Both the position numbers and the translations under genes were made by a program. Shown one piece after another: positions 56,862 to 64,000 of a DNA stretch of 64,000 nt. Location: positions 1 through 64,000 of IMG/VR virus record IMGVR_UViG_3300035145_003993, one strand, 5' to 3'. Positions within the stretch are counted from its first letter, which is position 1, and each line of letters opens with the position of its first letter. Below the pieces are notes generated by a model. It searched no databases. It saw only the letters and a list, made by a program, of their open reading frames with translations, and was not told the origin of the DNA.

Positions 56862-59800
56862 GATCACAAACCAATTCGAACCGTCTGTAACGAGTGTAAC
56901 TGAAGAGTATTGACTTGAAATAACAAATGTTAATGACCCGTCAATAGTTTCAGATCCATTTGCATCAATTGTTACGTTAGCAGTGCCAAGTTGTTTAATA
57001 TTGTATTTGTAACCACTTCCTGCAGTTGCTGCTGCTGGTAATGTTATTGTTACTGCATTAGAACCATTACTAATCAAGTGAATTTCTTCGATACCTGAAG
57101 TTGTGGATATTGTTGTATTTGTTCCAGAAGAATCAGTTATAACAGTTGGAGCAGAAGCACCTCCACCACCAGCAGCTGCAGCCCAGTGTAAACCATTAGC
57201 TGAAGTGTATGTCAAGACATCATTATCAGAAGGGCTTTCTGCAGAAATATCTAAAGCGTTTAGTTCTGTAGCAGTTGAAGTTACTAGTGTTCCACCAAGC
57301 TTAAGACCTGAATCAGTACCATCATGGTCTTCTATATCTACTAGAGTTCCTCCAGCAGAACCTTCTATTGATAATGCAGTTACAGGAGAAGTACTTCCTG
57401 ATCTTACCATTAGCTCTAACGATCCGTAATTATTTGTGTGATTTAAAACTTTACCTGTTTGATGACACCAAAAAGCAGTGCCGCCATTACTTTCTGTTTC
57501 ACGCCATTCAATAGTTCCTAATGTATCTCCATCACCTACTAAATTTGAGTTTGCTTCTTTAACGCTAAAGGAAAGCTTACCCCCTGTTGAAGAAGTTGTG
57601 TCATTCTCGATTAAGAAGATTGGCTCTCCATTACTTGAGTTTTCTGCCATTGTCAATCGTAAGTACTGTGAAGTTAAACTTCCGCTGTAGTTTAGTAACA
57701 TGTCACCAAGCTCAATAGCAGTAGCTTCAAATGTACCTGATCCAATGTAAGTCTTAACATCAGAAAGAGCAACTTGCTTCATTAATCCTGCATCATTAAC
57801 AATAATTCTGTCAGTGTTTTGAAGTGTTGTTGCTTGTGCTACTGTACCACCATCAAGAAGATTAAGCTCTGCAGTTGTTGCAGTTAAACCATCTAGTTTG
57901 TTTATTTCAAGTCCAGAAGCAGTTACAAGAGTATTACCAAGAACTAAGCCTGTTGTAGAACCATTGTGATCAGGAATTCTAACTTTAAGACCATCTGTAT
58001 TATTTTTACCGGTAATTTCTAAACCTGTCGATGGATTCTGTCCAGATGCACTCACTAAAAATGTCATGTCAGAGCCTGTGTCTGTGGCTCCTCCTTTTCC
58101 GCTTGCGGATATAGTGCTTGAATGGTGACCAACTGATATAAATCTTACAGAACCAATAATATCTGACGAAGCGTCTAAAGATGTATTGTGTAACTGAAGT
58201 GATGGGCCCTGAAAATTCGTAGAAGAATTATTATGAACAATTGAAAATGCAGGTTCTTGAGCATTTTCACTAGTCATGTGAAGCTGTATTCCGTCATCTG
58301 GATCATGTTCTAAATAAACGTCTTGATCATTACCTAGGTAAATTCTAGAAGCGTCACCTAGATATAGATCTGACCATTCAAAATCTGCTGAACCTAGAGA
58401 TCTTGTATTTGAACTATCTGGTAAAACATTAGATGCAATACTGGTAAGATCTACACTGCTTCCAGAAGATGCAGCCCAATGTAAGCCATTAGCTGTAGTG
58501 TATGTCAAGACATCATTATCAGAAGGATTTTCAGCAGAAACATCTAACGCATTTAATTCAGTAGCAGTTGAAGTTACTAATGTTCCGCCAAGCTCAAGAC
58601 CTCGAGATGTTCCATTGTGTGTTGCTATATTTACTCTTCCTTCTTTTGAGCTATCTGAGTAAATCTTCATTACATTAAGCATAGACTCATTAGTTGCTAC
58701 ATCAAAAATAATGCTGCCATCTGATCCTACACTTCCATTTCGACTAGTCACTTCTGCCTTAAACGCAATCCGAGAATATAAAAAGTCATCAATATAACCA
58801 CTCATTTCTCCAAGCTCAGTTGCGCTGTTATTTGCATGAGTAAATCTGAGTCTAGAATTTCTTCCTGCAGAAGCTGCATTTGAATATAGTTCTAAAGTAG
58901 GAGAATTATCATCAGTAGATTCAAATGCATTAACTATTTTTAAAGTATTTGGATCGACGATAGAATCTCTTTGCAATCTTATCCCTTCAGCATTACCGTA
59001 GTCTCCAAAAGAAATCATTGTCAAAGTAGAATTGCTTGGGTTTAAAATTAAATTTGACATGTCTGTAGCTGTTAAAGAACCTCCAGAAAAAGAAACATCA
59101 GAAAGTTCATTAAGAGAAGAAGCACCCCCAGAAGATGCAGCCCAATGTAAGCCATTAGCTGCCGTGTAAGTTAATACATCACTATCTGAAGGATTTTCAG
59201 CTGAAACATCGAGTACGTTTAATTCAGTTGCCAAAGAAGTTAACAATGTTGAACCTAGAACAAGACCTTGACCTGATCCATCATGTGTAGGAATTTCTAC
59301 ATTTACGCCACCACTTGAACTACCTTCTACGATGAGTCCAATGCTCGACGTGTTATCAAATGATATTCCTGCTTGCGTAACACCAAATGTTAAGCGACCA
59401 GCTTCTGAACCATTGACAGGAGAAACAATTTCAGAACCAATTCTAGCATAATTATGACCTAAGCCCGCGTTATCTCTACCTACAGCAATTATAGATAGTA
59501 TTTTGTCGTTCACTGCAGGCGTTGTGCTAAAGTTGTCAAATCTTAAAGTCCCTGTTGAATTAGAATCTGAATTGCTGCTTCTTAGCGTCAAATGAGGTCT
59601 AGTACTTCCTCCAGCTGAATCCTGTAAAATGAGTCCGTCTAAAAGATCATGTCTTAATATAACATCTTGGTTATTACCAAAGTATATGTAAGCACTGTCG
59701 CCTAGATATAGATCTGACCATTCTGCTGCAGATGATCCTAGTGAATAAGTATTCGCAGAATCTGGGACTAAGTTGCTTGAAAAAGATGAAGCTGCTAAAC

Positions 59801-61841
59801 CACTGACAAAGTTTGCTCTTGTCATTTTCTTAAGATTACTAGAATCTTCAGAATCAGCAATTAATATAATATCGTTATCATTAATTGCTGTTTTTGCAGT
59901 TTGCCCTGTAATTGCCGTGCTTGTTAAGCTTAAAGATCCTGCACTTGAAATAGAAGCATCACCCGAGACTTTACCAAAAGTATATTCTGGAATTCTGCTC
60001 GCCAATAAACTGCTATTAACTCCAGTACCGCCATTATCAACAATAAGAAGATCACTGTCAGTAATTGCCTGGCTAAGCTCAGATGCACCGTCAATATCCA
60101 TTGAGCTAAGAGCAACCTTGTTTGCTGTTGTTAATTGATTTAGTTTAGAGTTTGCAATTGATCCAGCAAGCATTGCGCTAGTAACACCTGCTGCTTTAAT
60201 CTTAAGATTGTCATTTACATCAATCTCAATTGAAGAATTGTCAACATTTACATCAAGAACGTTACCATTTTGAGTTAAACCAGCACCTGCACCAGCTGAA
60301 CCAGTACTAGAGAATTGATAAACTGAAATTGCGTCAGTGCCTACAACAAAAGTTGAAGGATCTGCTACGACTTGAACCCATCCTGTTCCTTCATTTACAG
60401 TACCACTTGCGACAAAGATATAAGCGCCAGGAATTTCATCTGCTTCGTCACAGTATCCACATCTTGTAAGAATCCAATCGGTTGAAGCGTCACCAACTTG
60501 TGATACGTAATATCTACCATTTTCTTCAGCATTAGTTTGATCTTTTACAAGAATACCATCATATTGTGACCATGTAGTTACACCATCAATATCCAGCGTA
60601 GCACTTGCGCCTAGATTTAATGTGCCTCCAACGCCTAAAGTACCATTGTCATATGTTCCTGCTAGGTTTTGTGTTGTTGCTGCTAAAACTGAAGGTTTTG
60701 AAATGATGCCTTGTGCAACTTCATCAACATAAGCTTTGTTAGCTGCATCTGTTCCTGATGTTGGGTTTGCAAGATTTGTAATCTTATTAGAATTAAGATT
60801 TAAATCAACACTTTGTCCAGTTAAATCAACAGATGCAATTTCTGTATTGGAAGAGATCACCAGATTTCCTGCGTTAACACTTATTTCAACATCCGATGTA
60901 TTGTTTGCATCTAAGGTATTCTTATCAACGCGATCAATCAGAAGTCTTTTCGGTGCAGTCACTGCGTATGGATTAACCCTTGTATTAATTGTCAATCCAT
61001 TTTTGCTTGCCATCAAGATTTCACCATCAGTTTGTGTACCATCACCAGCTACTAAGTGCAAACCATGTGCTGATTGTGTTACAACATCCATTCCAAGATT
61101 ACCACCAGTTATAAAACGAGTATTCTTTGTTCCTGCATGCGATGCTTGATTGTATACGTCGTTTGTAAATATACCTGCATAACTTTGAATATCACCATTA
61201 GGGTCAGCATTGCCTGCATCATTAGCATGCGCAGCACCTTTAACTCTTAACGCTGTTGCATTATCTTTGTGTCCTATTATTACACCACTTGCAGTCAAAT
61301 CTTGACCTACCAAAACAGTTGATGAAGCATTACCAATCAATATCTCAGCACTACTTGCAACTTCTGCAGCAATTCTTAATTGTCCTGTTTGATTGTCAAT
61401 TAGTGAATTTGTTCCGTCATGATGAATTTGCAAATCTTCGCTAGAACCAACACTTAACTTAAAAGTATCAGGCAAAATAGTCAAACCATTCTCATCTGAT
61501 GTTAAAACTTTGCTCGCCTCAGCTGTTCCTAATAAAGTCAAATCATTATAATTTAACTCGCTTGCAAGAGCTGTTACGCCAAGAGACAATATTGTGTCTT
61601 CTGGCGTTTTATTAATCCAAGCGGAAGAAGTATTGTCATATACTAAGAAATTATTGTTACTGATATTGTTTATTGTGACATCAGAAATGTACTTTAATTG
61701 CCCTAAATTAAAAATTCTGTCTATATTGAATTCATTACCATAAATGTTCCCACCTATTCTAGTAAGATCAGGCAAGTCACCGTTACTATAATCAAAATTT
61801 TCTGGATATTCATCTAAAGCGTAAATATTTATATTACTCAT
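56859..61841 (-). CDS. long modular tail/head fibre protein
   Basis: KITNLANPTSGTDAANKAYVD neck motif; ILVKDQTNAEENGRY..WILTR domain; ELNxLD shaft repeats; C-terminal VTITLPAA..VTID..ETIDG..SVTLVTDGSNW domain. Confidence 0.85.
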   Translation of the reverse strand: MSNINIYALDEYPENFDYSNGDLPDLTRIGGNIYGNEFNIDRIFNLGQLKYISDVTINNISNNNFLVYDNTSSAWINKTPEDTILSLGVTALASELNYNDLTLLGTAEASKVLTSDENGLTILPDTFKLSVGSSEDLQIHHDGTNSLIDNQTGQLRIAAEVASSAEILIGNASSTVLVGQDLTASGVIIGHKDNATALRVKGAAHANDAGNADPNGDIQSYAGIFTNDVYNQASHAGTKNTRFITGGNLGMDVVTQSAHGLHLVAGDGTQTDGEILMASKNGLTINTRVNPYAVTAPKRLLIDRVDKNTLDANNTSDVEISVNAGNLVISSNTEIASVDLTGQSVDLNLNSNKITNLANPTSGTDAANKAYVDEVAQGIISKPSVLAATTQNLAGTYDNGTLGVGGTLNLGASATLDIDGVTTWSQYDGILVKDQTNAEENGRYYVSQVGDASTDWILTRCGYCDEADEIPGAYIFVASGTVNEGTGWVQVVADPSTFVVGTDAISVYQFSSTGSAGAGAGLTQNGNVLDVNVDNSSIEIDVNDNLKIKAAGVTSAMLAGSIANSKLNQLTTANKVALSSMDIDGASELSQAITDSDLLIVDNGGTGVNSSLLASRIPEYTFGKVSGDASISSAGSLSLTSTAITGQTAKTAINDNDIILIADSEDSSNLKKMTRANFVSGLAASSFSSNLVPDSANTYSLGSSAAEWSDLYLGDSAYIYFGNNQDVILRHDLLDGLILQDSAGGSTRPHLTLRSSNSDSNSTGTLRFDNFSTTPAVNDKILSIIAVGRDNAGLGHNYARIGSEIVSPVNGSEAGRLTFGVTQAGISFDNTSSIGLIVEGSSSGGVNVEIPTHDGSGQGLVLGSTLLTSLATELNVLDVSAENPSDSDVLTYTAANGLHWAASSGGASSLNELSDVSFSGGSLTATDMSNLILNPSNSTLTMISFGDYGNAEGIRLQRDSIVDPNTLKIVNAFESTDDNSPTLELYSNAASAGRNSRLRFTHANNSATELGEMSGYIDDFLYSRIAFKAEVTSRNGSVGSDGSIIFDVATNESMLNVMKIYSDSSKEGRVNIATHNGTSRGLELGGTLVTSTATELNALDVSAENPSDNDVLTYTTANGLHWAASSGSSVDLTSIASNVLPDSSNTRSLGSADFEWSDLYLGDASRIYLGNDQDVYLEHDPDDGIQLHMTSENAQEPAFSIVHNNSSTNFQGPSLQLHNTSLDASSDIIGSVRFISVGHHSSTISASGKGGATDTGSDMTFLVSASGQNPSTGLEITGKNNTDGLKVRIPDHNGSTTGLVLGNTLVTASGLEINKLDGLTATTAELNLLDGGTVAQATTLQNTDRIIVNDAGLMKQVALSDVKTYIGSGTFEATAIELGDMLLNYSGSLTSQYLRLTMAENSSNGEPIFLIENDTTSSTGGKLSFSVKEANSNLVGDGDTLGTIEWRETESNGGTAFWCHQTGKVLNHTNNYGSLELMVRSGSTSPVTALSIEGSAGGTLVDIEDHDGTDSGLKLGGTLVTSTATELNALDISAESPSDNDVLTYTSANGLHWAAAAGGGGASAPTVITDSSGTNTTISTTSGIEEIHLISNGSNAVTITLPAAATAGSGYKYNIKQLGTANVTIDANGSETIDGSLTFVISSQYSSVTLVTDGSNWFVI
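57175..59777 (-). repeat. dispersed in-frame direct repeats within the fibre gene
   Basis: Exact matches: 34 nt at 58462-58495 and 59128-59161; 30 nt at 57204-57233 and 58497-58526; 23 nt at 58357-58379 and 59701-59723. Confidence 0.9.
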
Positions 61842-61877
61842 TTTTACTTTTCATTACTCTTTCATTGTTAATTAATT

Positions 61878-61885
61878 TAATTATA
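61878..61885 (-). promoter_or_regulatory. putative late promoter TATAATTA
   Basis: 36 nt upstream of fibre ATG 61841. Confidence 0.4.
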
Positions 61886-61889
61886 TAGG

Positions 61890-64000
61890 TTATAGCGCAA
61901 CCCAAACATAAGCCTCTGGAACAGGTATTGTGTGGTCATAAAAAAACGCATGATTATAAAGTTTATGCAAAGACGATGATGAGCCGCTGTAAGGTACTTT
62001 AAAGAATTGCCTAATGTTGTATACTTTCTTAAGATAAAATTTCAGTGTAATGCTACTTGGGGGATTATTTATGTTCGAACTGACTTCATCGTTATAAAAA
62101 TAAGCGTTTAAATCTTGCGCGTTATATATACCACCATCACCACTCGTATTATTGTTATAATAGATACCAGTTGAAGAAGAATACAAAATTCCACCTTCAT
62201 TGAATGGTAAAAGACCATAATCTCGGCCATCAACGTGTCTCTCTGAATTTAAAGAATGAGGATTTACGTATGTAGGTATTCTTCCTGCTGGAAGTGTATT
62301 TAATTGAACACTATTTTGAGTAGCTGTATACGGGTTAAGTCTACACATACTATTAATATCATTAGGATTAGGCTTAAAAGAAACAGTAAACACTTTATAG
62401 TTGGTCCTGAAAACTCCTTGTGCATCTAAAGTATTAAAATTAACTTTTAATGTTAACGGTGTATTTGGACCGTATAAGCTATACCATAATTCTGATTCAG
62501 GCAAACAAACATGAGAATTTCCATATCTATTAGGAAGAAAACCAGATAAATTATTTCCTGTTAAAGGGTCCCGGTCTCTGCCTATTTTGTTTGGATCATC
62601 CCAATGATCATTTATTTTTTTTCCATTTCTCCACTCTATTTCTCCAAGATAATTTTCATCTCGGATTAAGTCTATTCCTCCATCATATTTTAATCCATAC
62701 AACATTGTGTTTTGATCATAATTTGATTTTGAATAATTCTTTGCATAACCAGAGTAGTTGCACTGCAGGGTAACAAAATTTACATTAACGACATTATTTA
62801 TATTACTCGGGAATATAGAAACTGATTGTGGCTTATTACCATTATCAAATGTATCGTCAACATTATTCATATAAACATCGTAACTTGTAGGCTCGCTACT
62901 TAAAGTCTGTGAAGAATTTTCTAAAACAAATGCTCTAACAGCTTGCGCTGTAACTAGATTATTATGTTTGTTGTCAGCAGCAATTTCTTCATCTAAACTT
63001 TGCAACACGTTAACTTCTGTTACAGAATTATTCGGGTCGTCATTATCAGCATTTGCATCGTTTGTAACACTACCTAAGACTTTGTAGTTATTCATTGTCT
63101 TAAGTTTGTCATTTGTAATTGTATCATTGGCGATATTACCGCCAACAATTGATGTTGCTGCGATTGAACCGGTTGCTGTGCCTTGAGCATCAACACCACC
63201 AGTAACTGCTCCATTTTCTATGTTTAAAGTCTGTACTTTACCAGCTTCAGCTGTGTTTGCTTCTGTATATCTTAAAACATCACCTGTTGCTCCAGTCGGA
63301 AGAGAAAATGCTGCTTCTTGCCCTTCAACATTGTAAGGTGAAGAAATAATCCAACCAGAGAATTCTGATCCTCGGCCGCTTACAGGATTACTCCAGATCT
63401 TTTTCCAAGTAATATCAATGTAAGGAATATCAGAAGTATTAAATTGAATGACTTTTTGATTAACTAGGAATTCTGATGTATTTGAACTGTTTGTGGTGCC
63501 AATTAATTTTTTGTAGATACTACCTTGTGAATTAATTGTTACTTTTTTAATTGTGCCACTAGCTAGAAAATAAATTCTAGTAGAATCGTTGTGTGACAAG
63601 TTATCCCAAGCATTAATTTGATTATTTATCGGCAAATTCAGAGTAACTTGTTGTTCTGAATTTGTAAATACGTAATAATCTTTGAATTTGAAAAATCTTT
63701 CCTCTAATGCAATTACTTGGCCCCAATTATAAGTATTATTTGTATTAACTGGTCTAACAAGTTGAGTGTAGCTATGAAGTCTTTTTTTCTTTTCGTCTTT
63801 TGCTCTCCACGAGCCATTATGGTAAACAAATATTAACTTACTAGTTTCTTGCAAGTCAGTCCAAGAATATGTGCATGTTTTAGAGGTAGAAAGTACTATA
63901 TTAACTTTTGCAGAACCTAAATTACTATCATTAACATTATTAACATGTGTAACTGGAATAATTTCTATTGTTTTAAGTTCATCAGCCGTATTTGGTAGAG
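61890..64000 (-). CDS. fibre-like structural protein (5'-partial)
   Basis: The frame stays open upstream of the track's TTG at 63854 to the window edge (LPNTADELKTIEIIPV...). Fibre motifs: GATGDVL, IANDTITNDKL, LVTAQAVRAFV. Confidence 0.75.
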   Translation of the reverse strand, partial: LPNTADELKTIEIIPVTHVNNVNDSNLGSAKVNIVLSTSKTCTYSWTDLQETSKLIFVYHNGSWRAKDEKKKRLHSYTQLVRPVNTNNTYNWGQVIALEERFFKFKDYYVFTNSEQQVTLNLPINNQINAWDNLSHNDSTRIYFLASGTIKKVTINSQGSIYKKLIGTTNSSNTSEFLVNQKVIQFNTSDIPYIDITWKKIWSNPVSGRGSEFSGWIISSPYNVEGQEAAFSLPTGATGDVLRYTEANTAEAGKVQTLNIENGAVTGGVDAQGTATGSIAATSIVGGNIANDTITNDKLKTMNNYKVLGSVTNDANADNDDPNNSVTEVNVLQSLDEEIAADNKHNNLVTAQAVRAFVLENSSQTLSSEPTSYDVYMNNVDDTFDNGNKPQSVSIFPSNINNVVNVNFVTLQCNYSGYAKNYSKSNYDQNTMLYGLKYDGGIDLIRDENYLGEIEWRNGKKINDHWDDPNKIGRDRDPLTGNNLSGFLPNRYGNSHVCLPESELWYSLYGPNTPLTLKVNFNTLDAQGVFRTNYKVFTVSFKPNPNDINSMCRLNPYTATQNSVQLNTLPAGRIPTYVNPHSLNSERHVDGRDYGLLPFNEGGILYSSSTGIYYNNNTSGDGGIYNAQDLNAYFYNDEVSSNINNPPSSITLKFYLKKVYNIRQFFKVPYSGSSSSLHKLYNHAFFYDHTIPVPEAYVWVAL

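Noticed and set aside
57175-59777. Diversity-generating retroelement template/variable repeat pair
   Set aside because: All copies are inside one ORF, differences are mostly third-position rather than adenine-specific, and there is no reverse transcriptase in the window.
10975-62773. Remaining nested or antisense short ORFs (10975, 13123, 15549, 18185, 21853, 24194, 31999, 32593, 38819, 44653, 47572, 49459, 51136, 54929, 57103, 57478, 59773, 59930, 60736, 61256, 62591)
   Set aside because: They lie inside longer well-supported genes and have no motifs or independent expression signals.
1-64000. Stop-codon reassignment (code 15 or code 4)
   Set aside because: Core genes are intact at high coding density under code 11, and TAG and TGA both end genes cleanly at gene boundaries (e.g. 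35588, 56859, 47490, 50464).

Overview
AT-rich segment of a large T4-related myovirus genome. The capsid, portal and scaffold sequences look like the divergent 'Far-T4'/RM378-like group; this assignment is from memory of the motifs, not a search. Almost all genes are on the minus strand, tightly packed and often coupled by TAATG overlaps. In transcription order the window holds: fibre-like genes (54-64 kb, including a 3-gene plus-strand island); a Cas4/RecB-like nuclease; two GT-B glycosyltransferases; a gp55-like late sigma factor; a possible small terminase; a ~30 kb baseplate block (gp5-, gp25- and gp6-like proteins, LamG/FN3 proteins, and very large Asn/Lys/Ile-rich orphans); RuvC; primase; a single-chain Mre11-Rad50 (gp47-gp46) fusion; terminase gp17; portal gp20; protease gp21; six inserted small genes; scaffold gp22; major capsid gp23; and accessory genes (HExxH protein, VOC protein, GIY-YIG nuclease). 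No tRNA, rRNA, CRISPR array, integrase or transposase was seen. The strongest leads are: (1) short peptide tags plus L/I-x-E protease sites shared by the scaffold and neighbouring orphan proteins, suggesting tag-based capsid cargo loading; (2) a tail-collar-like domain apparently split into two N-half and two C-half genes; (3) a gp55-like sigma factor together with a recurring WATAATTA intergenic motif; (4) a modular fibre gene with in-frame perfect direct repeats; (5) a two-state RNA structure upstream of the GIY-YIG gene. All family assignments come from reading motifs by eye.
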